The position numbers and the translations under genes were made by a program. 64,000 nucleotides of DNA from positions 876 to 64,875 of the forward strand of contig JAGWBX010000013.1 in NCBI GenBank assembly GCA_021295655.1. Reading direction: 5' to 3'. The DNA comes from Candidatus Latescibacterota bacterium. GTDB lineage: Bacteria; Latescibacterota; UBA2968; GCA-2709665. How positions within the stretch are numbered: the stretch's first letter is position 1; each line of letters opens with the position of its first letter. A model generated the notes under the pieces. The model was given only the letters and a program-made list of their open reading frames with translations, ran no database searches and had not been told where the DNA came from. Shown one piece after another: positions 49,546 to 58,994 of the stretch.

Positions 49546-50382
49546 TCATTTCATCGACCTGAAGAAATCACGAAATCTTACGGTCTCGGACAGGGTGTCG
49601 CATTCGTTGCAATGCTCCCAGTCGATCCAGATGTATTCGATGCCGAGCCATCCCCGATATCCGCTGTCCCTCATCACTTCGACGATCCGCCGGTAATCGA
49701 TAACATTGTGATCGAAAGTCGTCTGCAACCGACCCCGCCGCGCACCGCGCGCATGGAAGTGACTGGCATATTTCATCAGTGGTTCCACATCCGAATCCGG
49801 CAGGCCGATTTTCGTGAAGTGCGTGTAATCCAGCGTCAACGTCAGGCCGGGAACAGTCTGTACGAGGCGTTCCGCCGATTTCGGCCTGGGAACCAGAGAA
49901 CCGACGTGCGCCTCAACGCCAAATACGATGTCGTGTTCCCTGGCCCGCGCCACACGCCAGTTCAACTCATCGACGGCGCGGCTGAATGAGTCGGCGCGCT
50001 TCTCATCCCGGTAATGAACGCCCGGCAGCGCCGTAACGTGCGCGCACCCGCACTCGGCGGCGTACTCCAGGGATTTCAGAAACCAGTCTCGCGCTCTCTG
50101 ACGCCGGGTGCGCTCCGGATGATTGATCGCGTAGGGCACGAAATCCATCGCCATCTGCAAAAACACGTCGGCCGGCTCGAGTCCGACGTCATCCAGTTTT
50201 TCCTTAAGCGTTCGGGCGGAGCGCGGCACATCGTCGAACTCACGCGAAGGCCACAGATGCGACCTCTCTTCGAAGAGTCCGATATCCACGCCCTCGAAAC
50301 CCAGCATTGAGACCAGTTGAAGCGCGTCTTCGTGCGGAAGCAGGGGAAAGGTAAAATCCGAGCATGCCAGTCTCGTGTTCAC
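49546..50382 (-). CDS. sugar phosphate isomerase/epimerase (TIM barrel)
   Basis: GFEGVD, GVEAHVGS, TLDYTH, HFHARG and GIEY motifs; GTG start overlapping the SDR stop. Confidence 0.85.
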   Translation of the reverse strand: MNTRLACSDFTFPLLPHEDALQLVSMLGFEGVDIGLFEERSHLWPSREFDDVPRSARTLKEKLDDVGLEPADVFLQMAMDFVPYAINHPERTRRQRARDWFLKSLEYAAECGCAHVTALPGVHYRDEKRADSFSRAVDELNWRVARAREHDIVFGVEAHVGSLVPRPKSAERLVQTVPGLTLTLDYTHFTKIGLPDSDVEPLMKYASHFHARGARRGRLQTTFDHNVIDYRRIVEVMRDSGYRGWLGIEYIWIDWEHCNECDTLSETVRFRDFFRSMK

Positions 50383-51188
50383 GGCTCCTCCGTAAATCGA
50401 GTTGGACCCGACGTCTCCCATTCGGCAGCGGCGATATACCCGCCGTCGACCACCAGGGACGTGCCGGTAATTCCCGCTGATCCCTCGGAGCAGAAGTAAA
50501 CCGCCGCCTGCGCAACATCCTCAGGCCTGATGACGGCTCCGGTGGGGACACGCCTCAGGCGCTGCGCCAGCGTGGCCGCCGGGTCCGGCGTCGTATTCAG
50601 ATGGTACCTCAGCATGGGCGTATCCGTTATGCCCGGGCAGATACAGTTGCAGCGCAGTCCGTCTCCGGCGTAGTCCAGCGCGATCGAGCGGCTCAATCCC
50701 AGCACAGCGTGCTTGGACGCGGTATACGCGGGTGTTTCGGCCTGACCGACAAAGCTGCCCACAGATCCTATGTTCACCATATAACTTCGCCGATGCTCCC
50801 TGAAGTGAGACATGGCGTACTTGAGTGAAAAGAAGATCGACTTGAGATTGACTCCCATCAGCCGATCCCAATCTTTTTCGGAATATTCATGGAGACACCC
50901 GACGTGCACGATTCCCGCGCAATTCACAACGGTCTGCAACTTCCCGAAACGCGCCACGGTCGCTTCAATCGAACCCCGCACCTGTTCTTCCTGCGCCACG
51001 TCGCACACAAGAAAGATCGCGTCTCCGCCCTGTTCCACGATGCGGTTCACCACGTCGCGACCACGTTCTTCCTGAACGTCGGCAACGGCCACCCGGGCGC
51101 CTTCGGCGGCGAACAGTTCGGCCGTGGCCTCTCCCATGCCGGATGCGCCGCCACTCACCCAGGCGACCTGTCCCTCCATACGCCCCAT
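50379..51188 (-). CDS. short-chain dehydrogenase/reductase
   Basis: GGASGMG, NCAG, YTASK and ITGTSLVVDGG motifs. Confidence 0.93.
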   Translation of the reverse strand: MGRMEGQVAWVSGGASGMGEATAELFAAEGARVAVADVQEERGRDVVNRIVEQGGDAIFLVCDVAQEEQVRGSIEATVARFGKLQTVVNCAGIVHVGCLHEYSEKDWDRLMGVNLKSIFFSLKYAMSHFREHRRSYMVNIGSVGSFVGQAETPAYTASKHAVLGLSRSIALDYAGDGLRCNCICPGITDTPMLRYHLNTTPDPAATLAQRLRRVPTGAVIRPEDVAQAAVYFCSEGSAGITGTSLVVDGGYIAAAEWETSGPTRFTEEP

Positions 51189-51192
51189 TGCG

Positions 51193-52668
51193 TCACGTCA
51201 CTTTCGTGATGCGAATGACAACGTCGTGCCGAAATGCCTGCAAAACCACCCGGCGCGATTCGCCCCCATCAAGAGGGACACGAGGAGAATAAACGCCGTC
51301 CGCAGGAGAAAAACAGGACATTTCGAACGTGCCCTGCGGCAGGTCGAAGCATAGCCCTCCCTCGATTGGATCGCCGCACCCGGTATCCTCCCGTTCGCGG
51401 GCGTCAGCCAGATAGATACAATAATCCTCGCCCGCAACCGCAAACACCGATTCCAGTGTATGATCGGGTCGTTCCAGAAGCCAACCCGGCATGACCGGGT
51501 GCGCCCTGGCAAGATCGATGGAATGGATAAAGCCTGCCAGATTGCCCATCCACCGTCGAATCCCGCTTCTCGAGTCGGGCGTTCCCGTCTCGAGGTACGG
51601 CAGGATGGAAAAGTCGATCATATCGTAATGAGCCCCGGAAAACAGCGCTGTCCACGCCCGCTTGCGGTGCACCGTCCATCCTTCCACTTCCTTGTACTGG
51701 GTTGCGATATTGTCTTCGTCGTGATTCAGCGGTTTCGGGCGCCCGTAGGCAGCGAGGGTAAAATCACGCAGCGGCCGCAACTTGAGCTGTTTGGACATGA
51801 AGTCGCCGAGGTCATAACTTCGGCCGCCGCACACGGTATTTGGCAGCGGGTGAATATTCACGACGTCGAAATCCATCGCTTCGAACGAACCGTCGGAGGG
51901 TTGATCGAACGGTCTGATCGTCATCGCTTCCTGTCCGGCGATCAGGTGTCGGTTCGGCATCCCGCTCTCGATTTCTCGGATTTGCGCAATGAACTGCGCC
52001 TGCCAGCCGTTCACCTCCTCCGATCCGGGTAAATCGCCGGTATCGGGGAAATAACACGGCTCATTGCAGATCTCGTAGATTACGTTCCCGTACCGATTGG
52101 TTTCCTCCACGATACGACGCACGTGCGCGCGCTGCCAATCCAGCAGGTCCTTCCGGCGGCACGTCATATACTCCTGCCAGGGTACCGGCTGTTCCGGGGG
52201 TTCCATTGTTATGTTGTTGGCCGGATTCAGCGGATTGAGCGCCCAGACCTCGTCCTTGTACGTGTTGCTGAACAGTACCACCTCCACGATGATGCCATAC
52301 GACTCCGCAAGAGACAGAAATGCGTGCAACCGATCGAAGTACTCGGCATTCCAGCGCGCAAGATCGTATTGCGGCTGCCCGTCCAGCGCGTTTCCCGGCC
52401 CCGTCCGTTCGAACGGCGCGACAAAATCGGGTGATTCGGGCTTGCAGGTCGAGTAGGGGTTTACAGGCGTTTGCAACTCTCTGAATAGCGTAAACAACCG
52501 CGTCAGCGTCTGTCCCCGTTCAGACGCGTCCTTCAAATACCGTTCGAACCGAAACGGCCGGTTTATCACCGCCCCATAGTGTTCGGTCGCACATAGCAGC
52601 ACCAGGGCGCGACCGCGATAGTCGAAGACTTTTCTGTTTTCCGGATGAATCCTGATGACGTCAGCCAC
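51193..52668 (-). CDS. GH-A clan (GH5/DUF4038-like) putative glycoside hydrolase with C-terminal beta domain
   Basis: YFDRL...GIIVEV, YEICNEP (acid/base) and HDED motifs; GTG start with GGGGGAGG RBS. Confidence 0.7.
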   Translation of the reverse strand: MADVIRIHPENRKVFDYRGRALVLLCATEHYGAVINRPFRFERYLKDASERGQTLTRLFTLFRELQTPVNPYSTCKPESPDFVAPFERTGPGNALDGQPQYDLARWNAEYFDRLHAFLSLAESYGIIVEVVLFSNTYKDEVWALNPLNPANNITMEPPEQPVPWQEYMTCRRKDLLDWQRAHVRRIVEETNRYGNVIYEICNEPCYFPDTGDLPGSEEVNGWQAQFIAQIREIESGMPNRHLIAGQEAMTIRPFDQPSDGSFEAMDFDVVNIHPLPNTVCGGRSYDLGDFMSKQLKLRPLRDFTLAAYGRPKPLNHDEDNIATQYKEVEGWTVHRKRAWTALFSGAHYDMIDFSILPYLETGTPDSRSGIRRWMGNLAGFIHSIDLARAHPVMPGWLLERPDHTLESVFAVAGEDYCIYLADAREREDTGCGDPIEGGLCFDLPQGTFEMSCFSPADGVYSPRVPLDGGESRRVVLQAFRHDVVIRITKVT

Positions 52669-53797
52669 GTGCCTCCCCCTTTTCCGGCGTCCGCTTCCGG
52701 CTTGATTGCCGCTGGTGAAGCCGTGCGGTTGCCTGGCCACCGCGAATCCGTCCACTGCAAAGCCGTGACCACTTCTCCTGAAATCCCCGGCTGCGGAATA
52801 CTTCCGGATTTACCACGCCGTGAGGACGCGTACCGAGTGACAAATCCACCATACTCCGGCAGGCCGCCCGTCCGATGTCACGGAACAATTCACCTGTCCA
52901 GGCCACCGAATGGGGCGCAAGCAGGACGTTGTCGAACTTACCGAACCGTTGCGGTTCCACTACGGGTTCCTCCGCGAAACAATCCAGTGCTGCGCCGGCT
53001 ATCGCGCCGGTTTCCAGGGCGTCGAAAAGTGCATCCTCATCCACAATGCCGCCCCTGGCCGTATTGATCAGATAGGCGCCCCGTTTCATCGCTGACAATT
53101 CCTGCCTGCCGATCAGTCCCTCCGTCTCCCGGGTCAGCGGACAGTGGACGGAAACGAAATCCGACGCCGCCATCAACTCCTGAAGCGACACCAGGGCCAC
53201 TCCCAGCTTACCGGCCTCGTCCGGGTCGACGTATGGGTCGAATGCAAGGGGCGGATTCATCCCGAACGTACCCAGCAACCGTACGGTCTCCCGAGCGATT
53301 CCGCCCAGCCCCACGGCCCCGAACGTACGGTCTCTCAACTCACTCCCCATATATCGGGTTCGTGCATCCCACCCGCCGGTACGGACCAGGCGGTCCTTGA
53401 CGCGCATGTGGTGCGTTAGCGCGATCATCCAGCCCACCGTTGCCTCGGCAACGGAACGGTCGACCGCGCCGGCCGTGATGAGCACGACGACGTTGGCCTC
53501 GGTACAGGCGCCAACGTCGACCGAGTCGTACCCCACGCCGAAGCGCACGATGGCCAGCAGATCCTCTGACGCCGACACGGTCTCGGCGGTCACCGCGGGC
53601 GTGAGTACGACCACGCCCTGTACGTCCGCTACCTGCTCGGCGCCGATCTCCGGCCGATGCACGTCGAATACCGACGTTTGAATATGGGCATGGCTGTCAA
53701 ATAACGCCAGACCCATATCCCTGAATCTGCACGCCCCCTCCGAATCGTAAAAATCGGCGGTCAGCGCCACGCGGAAGACTCTGCCGTCAAAGGCCAT
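52661..53797 (-). CDS. D-isomer-specific 2-hydroxyacid dehydrogenase (SerA-like)
   Basis: GVGYD, VGLGGI, HCPL, INTARG, EP and APH motifs. Confidence 0.9.
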   Translation of the reverse strand: MAFDGRVFRVALTADFYDSEGACRFRDMGLALFDSHAHIQTSVFDVHRPEIGAEQVADVQGVVVLTPAVTAETVSASEDLLAIVRFGVGYDSVDVGACTEANVVVLITAGAVDRSVAEATVGWMIALTHHMRVKDRLVRTGGWDARTRYMGSELRDRTFGAVGLGGIARETVRLLGTFGMNPPLAFDPYVDPDEAGKLGVALVSLQELMAASDFVSVHCPLTRETEGLIGRQELSAMKRGAYLINTARGGIVDEDALFDALETGAIAGAALDCFAEEPVVEPQRFGKFDNVLLAPHSVAWTGELFRDIGRAACRSMVDLSLGTRPHGVVNPEVFRSRGFQEKWSRLCSGRIRGGQATARLHQRQSSRKRTPEKGEARG

Positions 53798-53881
53798 GCT
53801 TAACCTTGATTCGTCATTCTTCGGGGAAGTAAAGCCGGATATATGCAGGTAGACAAAGGCGATTTAACATTGATTCGTTAT

Positions 53882-53898
53882 TTTTACGGGACGTAAAA
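53882..53898. promoter_or_regulatory. palindromic operator candidate
   Basis: TTTTACG-GGA-CGTAAAA in an AT-rich tract about 85 bp upstream of the dehydrogenase operon. Confidence 0.45.
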
Positions 53899-54082
53899 TC
53901 GAATATAGGCAAGTGGATGAAGGTGATTTAACGGCTGATTACCAGGATACACCCGGTCACTGGACGTGAACTGAAAAAACGTCCTTTTTGACGACCGTTT
54001 CACCCCGTTTCGTAAGCGTTTATCGCGGCGTCGCGCTGCTGTTTTTTCAAATTGGGGTAAACGCTCTCTCGTGCGACTTTGC

Positions 54083-55504
54083 TCACATCCGCCCAAACTC
54101 CCAGATCACACACGCCACGGCGAATGCGATGTATACGAGCGATGCAATCGACATCATACCGGTGCATAGCCATCCGGGGCGGGCGGCCGCGGGCAGATGA
54201 CGATGATTGATGTAGAGCGTCAGCGGCGTATAGAGCGCCATTGCAAATCCGCCAATATACGCAGCGTTAAACAGGAACCCCAATTCACTCACGCCACGGG
54301 CCTCCATCACATAGGTGATCACACACCCTGCCACAATCCATGTCGCCGCAACGACCAGATACCACCAGCTCAGATCCCGCTTTCGCGCCACGCTGAAATT
54401 GGTGTAGATGATATCCGCGATCGATCGCGAAACCCCGTCGACCAGAGCGAGCTGCGTACTGAACAACGTAGCCAGCCCCACAACCAGAAAGACGTACCTG
54501 CCCGTCTCGCCCCAGACCGTTGCCAGAACCGCTGCTTCGTCCCAGATCAGCGTGCCCCTCGCAGGTACGATTCCATTGGGATGCAATACCGCAAGCGCAC
54601 CGAAGATGAAGAGCAGAATGGTTACGGAATTCAGGGCCCAGAAAAACAGCATCTGATCTTTCTTCACATAGTTGAACCAGCTCTTGAAACGACCGATATT
54701 TTCTTCTGTCTCCTCAAACCGGAATCCGGTCGAGGGCATCGCCTCGGTCCGACCTCGAAGCGGATTCCGCATCTGGGGCAGATGCGCGCCCATCCCGACG
54801 TGCTTGTCGCGCAGGTAGAACGTATAGAAGAGATTGGCCGTACCTCCGGCGCCGGCGAATACGAGCGCGATGAACATCGCCTTGACACTCATTCCCGGAT
54901 CGATGTAACCGATATTGGCAATACCCCTCCCCAGCGATGCCCATGTCTGGGCCGATCCCACCGCGTACGCGACCGCGATCAGGCCGACAGTCACCACCAC
55001 AACGAGCAGTTCGATACTCCGCTCGACGGACTGGTATATCAACTTCGGACCGAAGAGAATCAGCGCCACGCCCGCGAAGGTGACGATCGTCCAGAACGTA
55101 TCCGAACCCCAGCCATGCGGCCCCGCAAGCAGCGCCTTCAAGGCCAGTCCGGATGCCCGTCCCCATCCAGGTGCAATCCAGCTGAAAATCGTCAACAGAA
55201 CAAATATGGGAGCGAATCCTCGCCACACCCGGCTGTATCCGGTATATACCGTTTCACCTGTGGCAACCGTCCAACGTCCCACTTCGAAGTTGATCCAGAG
55301 TTGCAGGAATATGCCGAGGCAGGCCGCCCACACCATGCCGGCTCCGTATTCGGCGACGATGCGCGGCCAGATAACGATCTCGCCCGCACCGATGGAAAGC
55401 CCCACCAGGATTGCGCCCGGACCGGCCAGTTTCCAGAAGGACGTCTTCCGCTCCGGCATCTTTCTGACTTCGAAGTTTTTCAGCGGCTCAAAAAACCTCG
55501 CCAT
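54083..55504 (-). CDS. Nramp/APC-fold membrane transporter
   Basis: GPGAILVGLSIGAGE..IWP, GRWTVATGE and LFSTQL..DGVSR motifs; about 11 TMs. Confidence 0.85.
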   Translation of the reverse strand: MARFFEPLKNFEVRKMPERKTSFWKLAGPGAILVGLSIGAGEIVIWPRIVAEYGAGMVWAACLGIFLQLWINFEVGRWTVATGETVYTGYSRVWRGFAPIFVLLTIFSWIAPGWGRASGLALKALLAGPHGWGSDTFWTIVTFAGVALILFGPKLIYQSVERSIELLVVVVTVGLIAVAYAVGSAQTWASLGRGIANIGYIDPGMSVKAMFIALVFAGAGGTANLFYTFYLRDKHVGMGAHLPQMRNPLRGRTEAMPSTGFRFEETEENIGRFKSWFNYVKKDQMLFFWALNSVTILLFIFGALAVLHPNGIVPARGTLIWDEAAVLATVWGETGRYVFLVVGLATLFSTQLALVDGVSRSIADIIYTNFSVARKRDLSWWYLVVAATWIVAGCVITYVMEARGVSELGFLFNAAYIGGFAMALYTPLTLYINHRHLPAAARPGWLCTGMMSIASLVYIAFAVACVIWEFGRM

Positions 55505-55699
55505 AACATTTCTCCTTGCGGCAACCGCGAGGATGTGTTCGCCGCGGCTTGCATTCCGTCGGCATTAAACACCGCGATGATCGTGCCCTGACGTGAAATC
55601 ACCCGTCTCGAAAGAAAGGCAGATGATCCGTCTTCGCCAGGGTTGCCGGTGCGGCTGATAACAGGCCACTGAGATCTCTGCCGAGGTCGTGGCACGGAC

Positions 55700-55817
55700 A
55701 AAAAAAAGGCTCGGAGAATTGTCCGGCCCTTTCCGTGTCGGAGTCCTGGCGACGGTGATTCATCGGGAAACCCGCACCCCTTGCAGGATTTCAGGTCAGC
55801 TCCTGTAGATTGGCGAC
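55700..55817 (-). ncRNA. candidate riboswitch/cis-regulatory RNA with intrinsic terminator
   Basis: Closing GUCG/CGAC, CAGGA/UCCUG, GGUG/CACC and CGGG/CCCG stems, possible CCUG/CAGG pseudoknot, then a hairpin followed by U8. Confidence 0.5.
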
Positions 55818-55854
55818 GCGATTGCGACGCCCGATGCCGGAAAACCTGATAACG

Positions 55855-56373
55855 CTAGCGCACCCGCGTCCATTTGTCCACAAATACGTCGGGAAAAGTC
55901 GCGACCATCTGATCGCCGCGGAACTCCTCGCTGTACCCCCGCTCGTGCGTGATGCGAATCAGCCCGTCTTCCAGCGTAATCTTACCCTTTTCGACCTTTG
56001 CCTTATGGTAGATCGTGATCGGCGCGTCGAATGACGAGCGGTAGCCCTGCCGGATGAGCAGATACCTGGAACGCGTAATAGCGGAGGTCGAGATCTCGTA
56101 CTTGCTTGCGGCAAAATCGAACGTCCTGGGTTTTTCGCCGACCGCGTTCACCAGCATATTCAGCGTCACGTGGGCCTTCCTTGAATCGATCGGCTGCCAC
56201 GAGAACACTCCCGAAACCTCGGGTTTTCGAAGCACCGTGCCGTCGGGCAGGGTTCGTGACTCCAGTTCCCACTTGCCCGCAAGCTGCTCCTGCATATGCG
56301 CCAGGCGGTCACTACAGGCAAGTGTCATCCCCGCGCACACTGTCAAAACTGCGAACATCAATCGGCGATTCAT
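55855..56373 (-). CDS. lipocalin-like lipoprotein
   Basis: MNRRLMFAVL...TLAC lipobox; 'LAGKWELES' start motif and 'DKWTRV' end motif. Confidence 0.7.
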   Translation of the reverse strand: MNRRLMFAVLTVCAGMTLACSDRLAHMQEQLAGKWELESRTLPDGTVLRKPEVSGVFSWQPIDSRKAHVTLNMLVNAVGEKPRTFDFAASKYEISTSAITRSRYLLIRQGYRSSFDAPITIYHKAKVEKGKITLEDGLIRITHERGYSEEFRGDQMVATFPDVFVDKWTRVR

Positions 56374-56438
56374 CCCTGTCTCCATAAAGGACCATTGAGC
56401 CTGCGTCGATGATGATGCCACGCTGCGACGCGCCGAAC

Positions 56439-56467
56439 AGTATATTTCCCGGAATTCACGCTGTCAA
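56439..56467 (-). promoter_or_regulatory. sigma-70 promoter for the lipoprotein gene
   Basis: TTGACA-N17-TATACT on the minus strand. Confidence 0.7.
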
Positions 56468-56468
56468 G

Positions 56469-56504
56469 AAAAAAAGCCCCGATCCTGTCTTGCTCTCGAG
56501 GCTC
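56469..56504 (-). terminator. hup terminator
   Basis: AGCCTCGA...TCGGGGCT stem followed by a T7 run on the minus strand. Confidence 0.55.
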
Positions 56505-56530
56505 TATTTGCAGAATTGGCGATGGGTCGG

Positions 56531-56806
56531 CTAGTTGACAGCGTCCTTAAGCGCCTTGCCAGCTTTGAAACGAACGGTCTTACCCGCGGAAATCTGAATT
56601 GTCTCACCCGTCTGAGGATTTCGACCGGTACGTGCGGCTCTGGTTCCGACCGAAAACGTCCCGAAACCGGAAATGGCGACGCGATCACCGCTCTTGAGCG
56701 AATCCCTGATTTCGTTCAGAACGACCCGCAGTGCGTCTTCCGCATTCCTTTTTGACAGACCGGCCTGATTTGCAATGGCGTCGACTAGATCGGTCCTGTT
56801 CGACAT
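56531..56806 (-). CDS. hup: DNA-binding protein HU
   Basis: GFGTF, RTGRNPQTGE and FKAGKALK motifs. Confidence 0.96.
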   Translation of the reverse strand: MSNRTDLVDAIANQAGLSKRNAEDALRVVLNEIRDSLKSGDRVAISGFGTFSVGTRAARTGRNPQTGETIQISAGKTVRFKAGKALKDAVN

Positions 56807-56838
56807 GGTAATTCACCCCCTTTCAGGAATTTGCCCTG

Positions 56839-56868
56839 AATATAGGCCCGATTGTGGGAATTTGTCAA
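56839..56868 (-). promoter_or_regulatory. hup promoter
   Basis: TTGACA-N18-TATATT on the minus strand. Confidence 0.6.
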
Positions 56869-57007
56869 GTGCGCCGATACCGATTGACGCAAAAAGACGG
56901 TTCTATCGTCGATTTATTCGTCAAAACGCCGCGACGAAACGGGCTGCGGCAGGATCCCCGTCCAGGATACCCGCATCGACAACGCGGCCGGCCGGCACCG
57001 GAAACCG

Positions 57008-57043
57008 AAAAAAAACGGGCGGAGACCATTTTCCGTCTCCGCC
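57008..57043 (-). terminator. intrinsic terminator after the sigma factor gene
   Basis: GGCGGAGAC-N8-GTCTCCGCC followed by a T8 run on the minus strand. Confidence 0.75.
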
Positions 57044-57118
57044 ACGAGAACTGCGATATCGGAGTCGATACGATCCAGTAGCCGGCAAGAGAAACATGCG
57101 GCCCCGGCAGTCGACCCT

Positions 57119-57970
57119 TTACGCCGACTCCATCAGCGGTTCGAGTTGCAGCCGTCGACGCGGATGCCGCAGTCGCCGGAGGGCCTTTTCCTTGATCTGC
57201 CGCACCCTTTCCCGCGTAAGGCTGAACCTGGTGCCGATCTCTTCCAGCGTCATCGCTTCTTCGTCGCCTAACCCGAAATAAAGCCTTAACACTTCCGCTT
57301 CCCGCGCGTCAAGGGTTTCAAGGACCATCTTCACCTGGTCCTTGACCGACTCGTCGACCACTTCGAGGTCCGGCGCTTTCTGAGAACTGTCCGGGAGAAT
57401 ATGCAGCAGGCTGTGGTCGTCGTCGTCTTTGAAAGACGCATCGAGCGACCAGACGTCGCGCGCCCGGAGGAGCGTATCCTGTACCATGTCCACGGAAACG
57501 CCAAGTTTCTCCGCAATCGTCTCGGGATCGGGGTCGGCCTCTTCCGTCTGTCGAATCTCCCGCGAAACCTTGGCGATGTTGTGCAACAGATCGATACGGT
57601 TGATGGGCAGCCTCACCACGCGTGAGTCCTGCGCAAGGCTCTGATGAATGGCCTGGCGTATCCACCAGACCGCGTAGGATATGAATTTGAATCCCCGCGT
57701 CCCGTCAAATCGTTCGGCGGCCGTCATCAGACCCATGTTCCCCGCGCTGATGAGATCGGCCAACGGCACCCCATGGTTCTGGTATTCCCTGGCAACGCTG
57801 ACCACGAAACGGAGATTCGAAGCGACCAGCCTGTCTCTGGCCTTCTGGTCTCCCTTTCGGATCCTGTGCGCGAGCGCGATCTCTGTCTCGGCGGTAAGCG
57901 GCTCCGAAGAAGCAATATCCCTGAGATAGAGATCAAGAGACTCGCTGTCCTGAATCATTATTCCAGCCAC
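57119..57970 (-). CDS. RNA polymerase sigma-70 factor, RpoD/SigA family lacking region 1.1
   Basis: SLDLYLRDI, NLRFVVSVA, RGFKFISYAVWWIRQAI and TLEEIG..LTRERVRQI motifs; GGAGGA RBS and GTG start. Confidence 0.95.
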   Translation of the reverse strand: MAGIMIQDSESLDLYLRDIASSEPLTAETEIALAHRIRKGDQKARDRLVASNLRFVVSVAREYQNHGVPLADLISAGNMGLMTAAERFDGTRGFKFISYAVWWIRQAIHQSLAQDSRVVRLPINRIDLLHNIAKVSREIRQTEEADPDPETIAEKLGVSVDMVQDTLLRARDVWSLDASFKDDDDHSLLHILPDSSQKAPDLEVVDESVKDQVKMVLETLDAREAEVLRLYFGLGDEEAMTLEEIGTRFSLTRERVRQIKEKALRRLRHPRRRLQLEPLMESA

Positions 57971-58007
57971 GTGTCCATCCTCCGGAGAATCAGTGTGCGA
58001 TACGCGT

Positions 58008-58556
58008 CTAAGTCGCCGAAACGTGCTCCCTGCACGCCTCCGGCAGAGCCCCGTGCAGGCGCATCTGTCGCAGCAGTAGTCGATTCATCTGCACTGCAGT
58101 TCGGGACTCGAGAAAAGTTCCGGTGATATCCTCGTGGAAAAGCCGGCACAAATAGCCGAGAAGCGGCAGGTATCTTATGTCGCCCTCCGCGGGCACGGCC
58201 ACGAGGCAAATGAGTCGAACGGGCTCAGGATACAGATCCGAGTGAAAGTCCACACCGTGATTTGAAATGCCCAACGCCATTCCGAGGTGCGCGGCAGAAC
58301 CACAACGTGCATGGGGAAACGCGATTCCGTTACCGACTGCGGTACTCTCGAGGTCTTCCCTGTCCAGAACCGATTGAAGGAATCGCAGACTGTCCGTCAC
58401 GTAGCCCGAGCCGTGCAAACGGTTCACGAGCGCCTTGATTGCGCCCATCCGATCCCGGGATTCCAGGTTCGGGACCATCGTCGTGGGGTGGAACCCGACC
58501 ACACCGCTCAGGTCCGTTTCCCATTCACTGCTATAATGGAACTTCGATAGCGCCAT
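58008..58556 (-). CDS. PTS IIA (PtsN/fructose-mannitol type) domain protein
   Basis: 'VLDRE..ESTAVGNGIAFPHAR' with the phospho-His; start uncertain (58556 vs TTG 58736). Confidence 0.8.
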   Translation of the reverse strand: MALSKFHYSSEWETDLSGVVGFHPTTMVPNLESRDRMGAIKALVNRLHGSGYVTDSLRFLQSVLDREDLESTAVGNGIAFPHARCGSAAHLGMALGISNHGVDFHSDLYPEPVRLICLVAVPAEGDIRYLPLLGYLCRLFHEDITGTFLESRTAVQMNRLLLRQMRLHGALPEACREHVSAT

Positions 58557-58786
58557 GTCTGCAACCGGGATATCCCAGGTCCGGCTCAAACCGGATATGC
58601 GTTCGGTATCAAGTGTGCCTGTGTCCCCGAACCCAGTCGTACTTGAAATGCAATTATTGCAGCAAGCCCGGCGTGAATGCACGCTGCCAACGCGACATCC
58701 TGCAGCTGAATCACCCCGGTAAACAACGCCATCCAATGGTTTTCGCTCGTATCAGCAAATCCGATGGAATCGTCGCCCTATTTATA

Positions 58787-58802
58787 AGCAACTTTAATGC
58801 CA
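58787..58802 (-). promoter_or_regulatory. sigma-54 (-24/-12) promoter
   Basis: Minus strand TGGCATTAAAGTTGCT = GG-N10-GC, one mismatch from TGGCAC-N5-TTGCW. Confidence 0.8.
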
Positions 58803-58901
58803 GTTTTATGAGATAATGTACAGGTGCTTATTAAAAATAAACTTACGCCCGGCGATTTCAATCGCCGGGCGCGAAATATTCAATCCCGTGTCCCTACTGA
58901 C

Positions 58902-58945
58902 GCAATATTTGCACTCGAATCCCGGCAGATTGCGCAAAAATTGCA
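58902..58945. promoter_or_regulatory. tandem enhancer (UAS) candidates for an NtrC-family activator
   Basis: GCAATATTTGCA (58902) and GCAAAAATTGCA (58934), 32 bp apart and about 100-145 bp upstream of the sigma-54 site, with an AT-rich tract between. Confidence 0.6.
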
Positions 58946-58994
58946 GCGCGAGACCCGTCGAGGCTCCGAATGCGCCATTTGTGCCGACTTTACC

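Noticed and set aside
52661-52780. Basic C-terminal tail of the 2-hydroxyacid dehydrogenase as a new domain
   Set aside because: Low-complexity tail, most likely stop-codon drift into the intergenic space.
55580-55697. CGTGCC...GGCACG-closed structure between the riboswitch candidate and the transporter
   Set aside because: Pairings are short for GC-rich DNA and cannot be distinguished from chance without homologues.
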